Assembly: GCA_963848295.1 (NCBI GenBank)
Contig: CAWKDB010000010.1
Coordinates: forward strand, 2,336,001 to 2,400,000
Direction of reading: 5' to 3'
Length of the DNA: 64,000 bases
Source of the DNA: an uncultured delta proteobacterium
Lineage (GTDB): Bacteria; Myxococcota_A; Polyangia; Haliangiales; Haliangiaceae
Shown: piece by piece, positions 19,701 through 29,163 of the stretch
Layout: every line of letters starts with the position of its first letter
How positions within the stretch are numbered: position 1 is the stretch's first letter
Program-made: the position numbers and the translations under genes
The notes under the pieces: model-generated
The model's input: the letters and a program-made list of their open reading frames with translations, nothing else
What the model was told of the DNA's origin: nothing
The model's database searches: none

Positions 19701-20832
19701 CGAGGCGCGCGCCGAGCAATCGCTGCGCGATCGCGACCTCGGCCGGTTCGTGATCGAGGTCAGCGCGTTCGACTGGGATCCACACGGCCTGCGCGCGCTA
19801 CCGGTCGACGCGCACGAGCTACCCGAGCTGCATTGGGAGCTGCGTTATCCCGATCCCGGCGATCCCGATTCGCCCGGCGCGCCGTTCGAGCCGCGCCACC
19901 TCGAAGAGCGCGTCGCGGTGCCGGGGTCGAGCCCGACCGCGGTCGCCGAGCGCGTCGAAGCGCGCGGCGGCCCGGCGTTCCTCGTCGTCACCGGCCGCGG
20001 CCGACGGGGCGAGACGTGCGCGCCGTCGATCGTGCCGCTGCATCAGCTTCCCGGTTACATGCAGCGCGAGCGGATCGAGCCGACGCTGCACGTTCGCATC
20101 CCGACCTGCGCCGCGTCGCACGCCGGCATGACCGCCATCCCGGCAGGCCCGTTCATCTTCCACGGCCGCGGCGAGCCGCCGATGAACCTAGACGCTTTTC
20201 CCGAGCTCGCGGTCGAACAGCGAGTGACGCTGCCGGCGTACGCGATCGATCGCACCGAGGTCTCGAATGCGGCGTTTCGCGTGTTCGGCGACCAGGTCGG
20301 CGTGACCGGCATCGCGACACCGCAGTACCCGATCGGAGAACCTTCGCTCGAGCATGCCGGAGAACCCGACCGACCCGCGGTCGCGACCACGTGGGCGGAG
20401 TCGCGCGCGTACTGCCGGTTCCTTGGCAAGCAGCTACCCACCGAGCAGCAGTGGCAACGAGCGCTCCGCGGCGGCGAGCGCTTGCCCGACGGCTCGCCGA
20501 ACCCGATCCCGAACCGCAATCTGCCATGGGGCACCGACGTGACACCGTTTCCCGGCAACATCGTGGTCGGCACCACCGTCGTTGGCTCGGCGGCGGTGGG
20601 TTCTCATCCCGGCGATCGCAGCCCCGAGGGCGTGCTCGACCTCGGCGGGAACGTCCGGGAATGGACCGACTCGCAGTCCACGTCTCAGAGCTTCAGGATC
20701 GTGATGGGCGGTGACTGGATGTACGCCACGACCGAGAATTATCACGACCTGGTGGACGTGCCGAGCGATAGCTCGGCGAGCCAGCGCCTGTTCAACATTG
20801 GCTTTCGCTGCGTCGCTGCGGTCGCGCGTTAG
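16741..20832 (+). CDS. Multidomain protein: caspase-like (inactive) - Ser/Thr kinase - nSTAND1-like NTPase - TM - FGE/SUMF1 domain
   Basis: Kinase GAFGTVY, AIK, HADVKPAN, DFG, APE; NTPase APSGTGKTS, LDQLE, IREDY, ELVHDSL; TM; FGE IDRTEVSN, LPTEQQW, DLGGNVREW, IGFRC. Confidence 0.88.
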   Translation: MAARRVEGTALLVAGHGAIDGNFDASAIHTLGKIGETLLATGAVWQIRRLSAVAGERYPADRPTLKQHLDELVTQPVRAAMIVVVGVIDELATGSALITGRNHRDYPDDATLSLAWIRERLERARAEQLIVVVSGRGAGPERWRDALATGRPNHLIAAAASDTGAPMIDALLAGLRGDALDHRTGTVTMKSLGDHLAGRLATAALQRADTSQTLAQSPPLAGLWDVRRSQLTATRRRGPQPSGELDDLTGTVLPGRFRVDGMIARGAFGTVYRARQLAVERDIAIKVLHADIDPGSDDGRLFVHEIRSVGRIDHPNVVRIYQADIAQDGRLFYAMELLDGRDLQQLVPSPKLAGDGPAPALEVDVDSPVPQDRAVELVRQLLAGLGAAHDAGLVHADVKPANAIVIGERLVLVDFGLARLRNPDRPAESAGGTPAFMAPEQLADGRVDARSDLFSAALVLVALLTGWRRKTAQEIVPPLDGVADPKLRAVLARALAIDPAQRYPTARELAAALIGTALASTDVAPPPVLPFRLFAPLTEADRERLHGREADIAELIEHVLYRRTVIYTAPSGTGKTSLLRAGLVPRLEALGVAVAYVRCRNAPVGAIAQAIVPGASSVAEAITHHTAQRGGKLVIVLDQLEAVLADDAASERLEAELAFASWPAEADVALVLAIREDYLARLVARVQRLEPGTPVLRLRPLRPAGAREAIVAPIAEARLAIEPGLLETLLADLQGAAAALAPELGWGSEPAVYPPHLQLACSVLYEALDPDDTTLTLAHYRALGGFDAIVGEHLERVLDVELAGGRDAIARDVLIELVTTSHERAMRPEAELLDSVGGKHSVAEVADVLELLGARGLIVRIRGESSEPAWELVHDSLVPRVLAWLDSRDLARRRAIELVRYHVRRSRSDNPSLLGRRELRELRGHAVAIAEIDAQWRAQHDDRWSPATLVAHSRSVLRRRTGSIVGVVAAAFAVAGVGLYEVRAKEAEARAEQSLRDRDLGRFVIEVSAFDWDPHGLRALPVDAHELPELHWELRYPDPGDPDSPGAPFEPRHLEERVAVPGSSPTAVAERVEARGGPAFLVVTGRGRRGETCAPSIVPLHQLPGYMQRERIEPTLHVRIPTCAASHAGMTAIPAGPFIFHGRGEPPMNLDAFPELAVEQRVTLPAYAIDRTEVSNAAFRVFGDQVGVTGIATPQYPIGEPSLEHAGEPDRPAVATTWAESRAYCRFLGKQLPTEQQWQRALRGGERLPDGSPNPIPNRNLPWGTDVTPFPGNIVVGTTVVGSAAVGSHPGDRSPEGVLDLGGNVREWTDSQSTSQSFRIVMGGDWMYATTENYHDLVDVPSDSSASQRLFNIGFRCVAAVAR

Positions 20833-21725
20833 TTCGCGCGGGGTAACGGCGAGAGTCTTGCGATGAGCGCGCGTACCTCGCCCGGCTCGGTCGTTGCGAA
20901 ACACACGCCGGCCGCGCGCTCGCTCGGGAACACGCGCAGCATGGCGCCGTCGAGCAGGATCTGTGCGCGCCAGTAGCGTCCGGCGTCGATCGCCGGCATC
21001 GCGAGCTCGCACATCGGCGTCGCGAGTAGGCCCGGCATTTCGCCACCGGCGTTGCGATCGACTAGTCGCAGCAGCTCGCAAGCCTGGTCGAGCGAAGCGA
21101 CTGCGCGTGGCCAGGCGACCGCAGGAAGTGCAGCGAGCAACGACGTCGGCAGCGACTCGACATCGAGCAAGCGCGGCCATGGCTCGCCGCGGACAACGGG
21201 TGTGATCGTTTCACCTTGCTCGCGCAGCTCGGCCGCGGACACGAGCAGGTACTCGTGCTCGGTCGCGAACCCGCGCTCGTCGTAGTGCGCGGCATAGGTC
21301 ATCGTCCGCGTGCCGAGCACGTCGAGCCCGGTGATGTCGGCGAGCGCGAGCAACGTCGACCGCGCAGACTTCGTCCGAGCAGTCTCGCAGCCGAGCAGTC
21401 GGATCGCAGTGATGCCGAGCCGGCGAAACACGTCTTGATCCGCGAGCCCACGAAAGAACGCGGCGACGCTCGGTTGAGCCGCGTCGATCGTCCAGTCCCC
21501 GAGCTCGAGCTGTGCATCGCGCGCACCCGAGTGCCCGATCAGATCGAGCGTCGTAGGCGGTGGTACGTCGCACGCCGTGCTCAACAGCGTGCCGAGCAGC
21601 TCCTCGAGATCGCTGCGGCCATCGACGCGATGGACGTGATCGATGCGATTCTGGATCTGCAACAGCGACTGTTCGGAGTTGCGGGTGATGATCGAAACGT
21701 GGTGGTTGGGGCTTGATTCGCGCAT
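20829..21725 (-). CDS. Hypothetical protein with a possible clan CD (caspase-fold) His/Cys dyad
   Basis: TLDLIGHSG and IRLLGCETA; start overlaps the upstream stop (TAATG). Confidence 0.7.
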   Translation of the reverse strand: MRESSPNHHVSIITRNSEQSLLQIQNRIDHVHRVDGRSDLEELLGTLLSTACDVPPPTTLDLIGHSGARDAQLELGDWTIDAAQPSVAAFFRGLADQDVFRRLGITAIRLLGCETARTKSARSTLLALADITGLDVLGTRTMTYAAHYDERGFATEHEYLLVSAAELREQGETITPVVRGEPWPRLLDVESLPTSLLAALPAVAWPRAVASLDQACELLRLVDRNAGGEMPGLLATPMCELAMPAIDAGRYWRAQILLDGAMLRVFPSERAAGVCFATTEPGEVRALIARLSPLPRAN

Positions 21726-22411
21726 TACAGGACCTCTTCGCGTGCGAAATAGTCAGCATGCCCAGACGCCGGTGGTCTCTTCGGCCCCGCCAGCACCAAC
21801 AGCCCGATCGTTTGAACGTCGAGAAACAGCGCGCCCTTGTCGCCGGTGCTCGCGACCGTCGTGAAGCCGTTCGCGACCGGGTCGGCGACGGCGCCGAGAT
21901 CGAGCCACCAGGTGCCGGCCGGCACCTGGCCCGGCACGAGCGACGTGCCCGCGTTCCACACCGACACCAACCGCAGCGAGCCTTGCGCACCGGAGATCTC
22001 AGCGTAGAACCCGGCGAACCGACGGTCCGCATCCCAGTCGAGCACCGAGGTCAGCTCGAAGTCACGACATTGGTCTTGCGGCGTCAACCGCGGCGGCTGC
22101 GCGATGCCGCGCGCCGGCAGGTTCGTCCAGTAGCCCTGCTCGAGCCAGCACGCGCCGATCATCGTGCCGCCCGGGAACACCGGTCCGATCTTCGTGAGCC
22201 CGCCGTTGACCGGCGAGTCGTCGACCTGGATCGCGGCCTGCGTGATCGTCCCGTTGCGCACGCCCTGCGGGCACAGCGCGAGATCGACCGGCACTTGCTG
22301 CGCCGGCGCGAACCCGAGCGTGCCAGGATCGGCCGGCCACCAGGAGCACGCGGTCGCGCTCGAGAACGATCCTACATATGCGCCGAAACCAAAGAAGACG
22401 GAGCGGGTCAT
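21725..22411 (-). CDS. Hypothetical protein
   Basis: 228-aa ORF translationally coupled on both sides (ATGA and TAATG overlaps). Confidence 0.7.
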   Translation of the reverse strand: MTRSVFFGFGAYVGSFSSATACSWWPADPGTLGFAPAQQVPVDLALCPQGVRNGTITQAAIQVDDSPVNGGLTKIGPVFPGGTMIGACWLEQGYWTNLPARGIAQPPRLTPQDQCRDFELTSVLDWDADRRFAGFYAEISGAQGSLRLVSVWNAGTSLVPGQVPAGTWWLDLGAVADPVANGFTTVASTGDKGALFLDVQTIGLLVLAGPKRPPASGHADYFAREEVL

Positions 22412-23952
22412 GATCCTCCAGGAGTTGGTGAGCCTTTGCGACCGCCACCAACCCCGTGGTCATCCGTGCGCCTGATCTCGAGGTCGTTGATCAAGTTGTA
22501 GACATGCGAGCGCGCGAGATCGAGCTCGCGCGCGGTCTCGGACACGTTCCAGTCGTTCGACTCGAGCGCCTGCAGCAAGTGCCTGCGCTGGAACTGCCGA
22601 GTCGCGTCTTGCAGAGTGACCGCGTCGTTCGCGTTGCTCGCCGCCTTCGGGAAGATGTGAAAGTCGTGCAGCGTCGAGGCGTGCTCGCCGTTCGCGCGGA
22701 TCGCCGCCGCTTCGACCGCGTGGGCGAGCTGGCGCATATGACCGGGCCACGGCGCTTCGCGACATGCGGCGCGCGCTCCCCGTGACACGGTCAGCGGCGT
22801 CAACTTGTGGCGCTCGCACGCCTCGGCGCAGAAGTGCTCGACGAGCGAAGGGATGTCTTCGCGCCGCTGATCGAGCCCCGGCACCTCGACCGGCACGACA
22901 TGCATCCGGTAGTAGAGGTCTTCGCGAAACTGCTTCGCCGCGACGCGCGCTTCGAGGTTCGCGTTCGTCGCGCTGATGATCCGCACGTTCGCGCGCAGCG
23001 CCGAGGCGCTGCCGAGCGGGTGGTACTCGCGCGTCGCGAGCAGCTGGAGCAACTTCGCCTGCGCGCCGGCTGACAGCTCGGCGATCTCGTCGAGGAACAG
23101 CGTGCCGCCTTCGGCCGCCGCGACCTTGCCGGTGACCTTGCGGGTCGCGGTCGAGTGCGCGCCGCGTTCGGCGCCGAACAATTCGCTCTCGATCAGCGTC
23201 TCCGGGATCGCCGCGCAGTTGAGCTCGACGAACGGTGCGTTCGCCCGCGGACTGTTGCTTGCGATCGCTCTGGCCAACATCGATTTGCCACTTCCAGACG
23301 GGCCCGTGATCAACACGTTCACGTCCAGCGGAGCGACGTGTGATGCCGTTTGCAGGAGTTGCGCCAACGCGCGCGACCGCCCGATCATCTCCTCGCAACG
23401 CATGCGACTCCGGACCTCGCGCGTGAAGTCGTAGCGCTCGGGATCGGACGTCCTCACGAGCCGGTCGGCGAGCGGCGCGAGCTGGCGCGCGAACAGCTCG
23501 GCGCGCTCGGCATCGGTCGCGCTGAACGGCCCCGGCTTCGCGCGGGCCTGTAAGTAGATGACGCCGATCGGCGGGACACCTACCGGCGCACACAGCACCG
23601 CCTGGATCTCGTGCTGGCGCACGCTGCCGAGATCCGCGAACCGCTCGTCGAGTTGCGCCGATGGCGTCTCGATCGTTCTCCCCTCGGAGATCGCGCGCTG
23701 GATGATGCCGCGCGAGATCGACGCCCGGATCGTCTCGCGATCGCGATCCGAGCAGTGAAAGCCCTTCCAGTAGCGCGGCTGGGTCGAGTCGTCATCGTAG
23801 AGCTCGAGGTATCCAGTCCGCGCACCCGTGACATCGGCGATCAGCGCGAGCGCCTGATCGAGCAACGGATCGATCTCGCGCTGCCCGCCGAGGTCGAGCA
23901 ACTGGCGATAGAAGTCGCGCTCGCTCGTCAGATCATCTTCGCGTGACGACAT
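22408..23952 (-). CDS. GAF + AAA+ + Fis-HTH sigma54-type regulator with GAHSTA in place of GAFTGA
   Basis: GPSGSGKS, ESELFGAERGAHSTA, FLDEI, FREDLYYR, WPGHMRQL, WNVSETARELDLARSHVY. Confidence 0.92.
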   Translation of the reverse strand: MSSREDDLTSERDFYRQLLDLGGQREIDPLLDQALALIADVTGARTGYLELYDDDSTQPRYWKGFHCSDRDRETIRASISRGIIQRAISEGRTIETPSAQLDERFADLGSVRQHEIQAVLCAPVGVPPIGVIYLQARAKPGPFSATDAERAELFARQLAPLADRLVRTSDPERYDFTREVRSRMRCEEMIGRSRALAQLLQTASHVAPLDVNVLITGPSGSGKSMLARAIASNSPRANAPFVELNCAAIPETLIESELFGAERGAHSTATRKVTGKVAAAEGGTLFLDEIAELSAGAQAKLLQLLATREYHPLGSASALRANVRIISATNANLEARVAAKQFREDLYYRMHVVPVEVPGLDQRREDIPSLVEHFCAEACERHKLTPLTVSRGARAACREAPWPGHMRQLAHAVEAAAIRANGEHASTLHDFHIFPKAASNANDAVTLQDATRQFQRRHLLQALESNDWNVSETARELDLARSHVYNLINDLEIRRTDDHGVGGGRKGSPTPGGS

Positions 23953-24043
23953 TTGCCGGCACGATAGACAATCTGCGCGACCTCACCAAGCAACACACGC
24001 TGGCCACACCCGACAACGCGCCTCGCCTCCGCCGCACCGCGAT

Positions 24044-24094
24044 TGTCCACTCGAGTGGACACTTCGATGTGCGACTCGTCCTGTAAATTGGACA
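24044..24094. promoter_or_regulatory. Two GTCC-N8-GGAC palindromic sites
   Basis: Perfect palindrome TGTCCACTCGAGTGGACA 24044-24061; CGTCCTGTAAATTGGACA 24077-24094; 33 bp apart. Confidence 0.6.
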
Positions 24095-24136
24095 CTTTGG
24101 TGGCCTAAAACGGGACAGCTGGCGCCGTAGGCCCGG

Positions 24137-24433
24137 TCACGGCCACGTTTTCCGGGCGGTGATCTTGCGACTGCGCTTCGGCGCTTCGAACGTCTTTCCG
24201 GCTGGAGCTGCCGCCAACCACTCGAACCAGCCGTCGGGCCAGAGTCGGTGGCGCGTCTGCCTCGGATGCTCGAGCAGCCCGACGATGTACGCGCTCTGCC
24301 GCGGAACCGGCTGCTCGTCGCGTTCCCATCGCGACACGGTCTCCGGTCTTACATCGAGCAAGGCCGCGAGCTCGACAGCGCGGAGCCCTGCGGCCTTTCG
24401 CACGAACTTGAGCTCGCGGCCGGTGCGAATCCC
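24137..24433 (-). pseudogene. XRE-HTH fragment resembling the C-terminus of MqsA/YgiT-type antitoxins
   Basis: GIRTGRELKFVRKAAGLRAVELAALLDVRPETVSRWE is preceded directly by an in-frame TGA; HTH-like sequence extends upstream of the first available GTG. Confidence 0.55.
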
Positions 24434-24454
24434 TCAGGTCCGGCTAAGGCCCGG

Positions 24455-25499
<1,045 letters not shown>

Positions 25500-25637
25500 G
25501 CAAACCTCCGCAGTCGGCCATTCCACGACGCGTGCCGCTCGCAACCGCGCGGAACCTCTACGCGGGCGTGTCCGGTTCGGCCGAATCTGTCCGGCCGCCG
25601 GACGAACCCGGACGGCCAAGTCGTCTACCATCGCGCC

Positions 25638-26072
25638 GTGACCGATCCGATCGAGCAATTCCAAGCGCAGCTGACGACGCTACGCACGTCGGACATCGCC
25701 CCGCAGACGTGGACGCTGGCCCAGGCGATCGCGCACTGCGCGCAATCGGTCGAGTGCTCGCTCGCCGGCTACCCGAAGCTGCGCTCGGGGCTGTTCCGCG
25801 CGACGATCGGTCCGCTGGTCAAGCGCAAGTTCCTTCGCGCCGGTCGGATGAGCCACGACGTGACTGCCGCGATCGCCGGCGGCACCGCGATTCCCGCGAC
25901 GGTCGCGCTGCCCGACGCGTGCGATCGAGCCAGCGCCGCGCTCGCCGCGTTCGTCGCGTTCGACGGCGAGCTCGCGCCGCACCTCGCGTACGGCCGGTGC
26001 ACGAAGCCGGAGTACGCGGAGCTGCACTGGCTGCACTTCGCCGATCACCTGCGGTCGTTCGGCCTGGCATGA
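25638..26072 (+). CDS. DUF1569/DinB-like protein
   Basis: [35 protein letters not shown] 6 nt before GTG. Confidence 0.8.
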   Translation: MTDPIEQFQAQLTTLRTSDIAPQTWTLAQAIAHCAQSVECSLAGYPKLRSGLFRATIGPLVKRKFLRAGRMSHDVTAAIAGGTAIPATVALPDACDRASAALAAFVAFDGELAPHLAYGRCTKPEYAELHWLHFADHLRSFGLA

Positions 26073-26782
26073 TCGGCATCATCGGCGCGATGGCCGAGGA
26101 GCTCGCCGCGGTCACCGAGCTGGTCGATGCACACGAGGTCGTCGAGCTCGGCGGCCGGCGCTACCACCGCGGGCGCGATGCGGTGTGCGTCGTCAGCCGG
26201 ATCGGCAAGGTCGCCGCCGCGATGACGACCGCGATCCTGATCGAGCGGTTCGCGCCGCGCGCGATCGTGATGACCGGCGTCGCCGGCGCGGTCGATCCGC
26301 GGCTCGCGATCGGAGACGTCGTCGTCGCCGATCGGCTGATCCACCACGACCTCGACGCGCGCCCGTTGTTTCCGCGCCACGAGATCCCGCTGCTCGGCAC
26401 CGCGACGCTGCCGACCGATCGCGCGCTCTCCGATCGGCTCGCCGACGCGGTCGCGACGATCGCGCCGCCGTCGTGGTTGCCCGCGCCGCGATCGTGGCGT
26501 GGCCTCGTCGCGAGCGGCGATCAATTCTTCGCGTCTCCCGACGCCACCGCCGCGCTGCGCGCGCGATTGCCCGAGGCGCTCGCGGTCGAGATGGAGGGCG
26601 CCGCGGTCGCGCAGGTCTGCTACGAGCACGGCGTGCCGTTCGCGATCGCGCGCGTGATCAGCGACACCGCGAACCACGCCGCAGCGGTCGACTTCAAGCG
26701 GTTCCTCACCGACGCCTGCGGTCCGTACGCGCGCGCGCTCGTCGCGGCGGTGCTTACTTCGTCGCCACGAACGTCGGCGTGA
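26069..26782 (+). CDS. mtnN: 5'-methylthioadenosine/S-adenosylhomocysteine nucleosidase
   Basis: [44 protein letters not shown]. Confidence 0.93.
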   Translation: MIGIIGAMAEELAAVTELVDAHEVVELGGRRYHRGRDAVCVVSRIGKVAAAMTTAILIERFAPRAIVMTGVAGAVDPRLAIGDVVVADRLIHHDLDARPLFPRHEIPLLGTATLPTDRALSDRLADAVATIAPPSWLPAPRSWRGLVASGDQFFASPDATAALRARLPEALAVEMEGAAVAQVCYEHGVPFAIARVISDTANHAAAVDFKRFLTDACGPYARALVAAVLTSSPRTSA

Positions 26783-28274
26783 ACGCGACGCCGGCCTCGA
26801 ACGGATAGTCGACCGTGCGGTAGTCGCCCGTCGTGTGCGCCAACGGATAGCCGCGCCGGCACTGGATGCGGAACACGTACGACGTCGCGTTCGTGAACTG
26901 GGTGGTGTCGACGACGATCGACGCCGGGAAGTCGAGCACCTGATAGCGCCGCATCGGGGTCAGCGTCCCGCCCGCGTTTTTCATGAGGGTCGCGACGCAG
27001 TCATCGGTGCGCGCGGTCGAGATGTTGCTCGTGTCGTCGAGCTTGAAGGCCAGGGTGATCGTCGGATCGCTCACCGGCACCATGCCGCCATCGAAGAACT
27101 GAGCGCCGTCGATCGTCGGCTGCACCGCGATCCCGACGTCGAATTGCAGCTTGGTCTCCACTCCCGGAACGGCGAGCGCCGCCTCTTCACACCCGCTGTA
27201 CTCCGCAACGCCGAGCTCGGTCTTGAGCAACGACACCGATCCGATCACCGCGGTCGGCAGCCGCACCGGCGCGCTAGCGAACGGGTTGACGAACGTGACC
27301 GACGAGTCTTGGCTCGTCAGGTGGGCGAGCTCGATCGCGACCGACCCGTCTAGCGCGCCACTCGCCGACGGCTCGGTGAACGCCGGCATCGCCGCGCTCG
27401 CGAGCACGCCGAACGATCCGACGAGGTAGCCATTCCCCGGATCATTCTCGACGGCGTCGTTGTTCAAGCGCGTTTCCGTGCTGCTCGTCTGCGGATCCCA
27501 TATCAGCTCGGTCGACGGCGTGGTCTCCCAGGTCGACGCCGCCGTTGCCTTCCCGTTGGCTTGCAGCTGGGAGATCTGCTCCCACGCGAACCCGTTCGCC
27601 GGCAAGCCGGTGCCCATGTCGGAGCGACGGAGCAACAGCTCGTAGTCGCCGTCCGCGCTGGTCAGAGCGGCGAGCGGGCCGCCCATCGGCGTCGCTTGAG
27701 TCGAGTACGACCAGTCGTCGGTTCCCGCCAACGTGTAGTCCCCCGGGCCGGACGCCCAGCCGCCGGTGCTGTACTCATACGCGTAACTGCCTAGGGTCGT
27801 CGGTGCGCCCGCTGGAGCGAAGTGGACGACGGCGTTCGCCGGGACCGTGCCGCGGTCGACCGGTCCCCACAGCGGCACCGTGAGGTGCGCGGCGCTGCGC
27901 GACCACTGGATCTCGGTCGGGATGTCTCCCGGCACCTGGTAGACGATGCGATACGGCTGACCCGCGAGCGAGAACGGGACCTGGAACGAGCCGTCGCCGG
28001 CGTACGTCACCGGGGTCAACGCACCGGTCAGCGCACCGATCTCGATCGTCGGCGCGGGGGTGATCGCGGCGTCCTGCGAGACGATGTCGTTCAGCGCCGA
28101 GCCGCCGGGCGTGACGAGCTGGAGCTGGGTCAGGAACAGCGTGCCGAGCGGGACGTCCGGGTTCGGCGCGCCGTCGGTGCCAGGCGGAGCATCCGCGAGC
28201 TTGGTGCCGTTGATCCCGAAGATCTGGTCACAGCCGCAGGTGCTCGCGAGTGCGGCTACGAGCATCAGCCTCAT
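26754..28274 (-). CDS. Hypothetical lipoprotein
   Basis: MRLMLVAALASTCGCDQIFG lipoprotein signal; DAPPGTDGA linker. Confidence 0.7.
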   Translation of the reverse strand: MRLMLVAALASTCGCDQIFGINGTKLADAPPGTDGAPNPDVPLGTLFLTQLQLVTPGGSALNDIVSQDAAITPAPTIEIGALTGALTPVTYAGDGSFQVPFSLAGQPYRIVYQVPGDIPTEIQWSRSAAHLTVPLWGPVDRGTVPANAVVHFAPAGAPTTLGSYAYEYSTGGWASGPGDYTLAGTDDWSYSTQATPMGGPLAALTSADGDYELLLRRSDMGTGLPANGFAWEQISQLQANGKATAASTWETTPSTELIWDPQTSSTETRLNNDAVENDPGNGYLVGSFGVLASAAMPAFTEPSASGALDGSVAIELAHLTSQDSSVTFVNPFASAPVRLPTAVIGSVSLLKTELGVAEYSGCEEAALAVPGVETKLQFDVGIAVQPTIDGAQFFDGGMVPVSDPTITLAFKLDDTSNISTARTDDCVATLMKNAGGTLTPMRRYQVLDFPASIVVDTTQFTNATSYVFRIQCRRGYPLAHTTGDYRTVDYPFEAGVAFTPTFVATK

Positions 28275-28299
28275 CTCGGTGATCCTCGCACGGGCCGAG

Positions 28300-28665
28300 T
28301 CACTTTCGCCATTCCGCAGCGAGGGCGCAACCCGGCATGCCGAGCCTCCTGGCCTCGCCGTCGAGCGCATCCGCCTTCGCGGTGCCGACCAGCGGCTGGA
28401 TCTTGACGAGGAAGTCGTGCGACTCGGGCGTCTTCAGGTGTGGCCCGAGCCACATCGCGATCATCGCGGCGCGGGCATTCGGCTCTTGCTGGTCCGCGCC
28501 CGACAGCTTCAGGACATCGCACAAGGCGGCGATGTCGTCGCGATAGCCCTGCGTCGTCGGCTGCGCACCGCTGCCGCTGCCCGGACCACCGCTGCCGCTG
28601 CCGCTGCCGCTGGTTCCGCGCTGGCAGGCCGCGGCGACCACGAGGAGGCACGCGAGGCGAGTCAT
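28300..28665 (-). CDS. Small hypothetical lipoprotein
   Basis: MTRLACLLVVAAAC lipobox, GS linker. Confidence 0.7.
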   Translation of the reverse strand: MTRLACLLVVAAACQRGTSGSGSGSGGPGSGSGAQPTTQGYRDDIAALCDVLKLSGADQQEPNARAAMIAMWLGPHLKTPESHDFLVKIQPLVGTAKADALDGEARRLGMPGCALAAEWRK

Positions 28666-28741
28666 GGCGAACACTCTGCACCCTCGCGATCGTTGCGTCC
28701 ATGCCTTCCGGGCGCGACGAAGATATGGCTAGATTTGGGCC

Positions 28742-29152
28742 ATGGCATACGTCGTTGCTGACCCGTGCGTGAAGTGCAAGTACACCGACTGCGTCGCGGT
28801 GTGCCCGGTCGATTGTTTCTACGAAGGTAAGAACTCGCTCGCGATCAACCCCGACGAATGCATCGACTGCGGAGCGTGCGAGCCCGAGTGCCCGACCACC
28901 GCGATCTTCGAGGAGAGCGAGCTGCCGGCGAAGTGGAATGTCTACAAAGACATCAACGCGCTCGTGTCCGGCGCGAAGAAGCCAGCCGACGTCGATAGCG
29001 CATCGTGGCCCGATCACCTCAAGAGCGCGGCCGCGACGGCCGAGACCTGGCCGAACATCACCGAACAAAAGCCGGCGCTGCCGGGTGCCGATGACGCGGC
29101 CAAAGAAGACAGCAAGATCGCCGCCCTCACGCTCGAGGGTGGCTCGAAGTAG
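28742..29152 (+). CDS. fdxA: 7Fe/8Fe ferredoxin (FdxA family)
   Basis: [40 protein letters not shown]. Confidence 0.92.
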   Translation: MAYVVADPCVKCKYTDCVAVCPVDCFYEGKNSLAINPDECIDCGACEPECPTTAIFEESELPAKWNVYKDINALVSGAKKPADVDSASWPDHLKSAAATAETWPNITEQKPALPGADDAAKEDSKIAALTLEGGSK

Positions 29153-29163
29153 TCACGGTCGCT

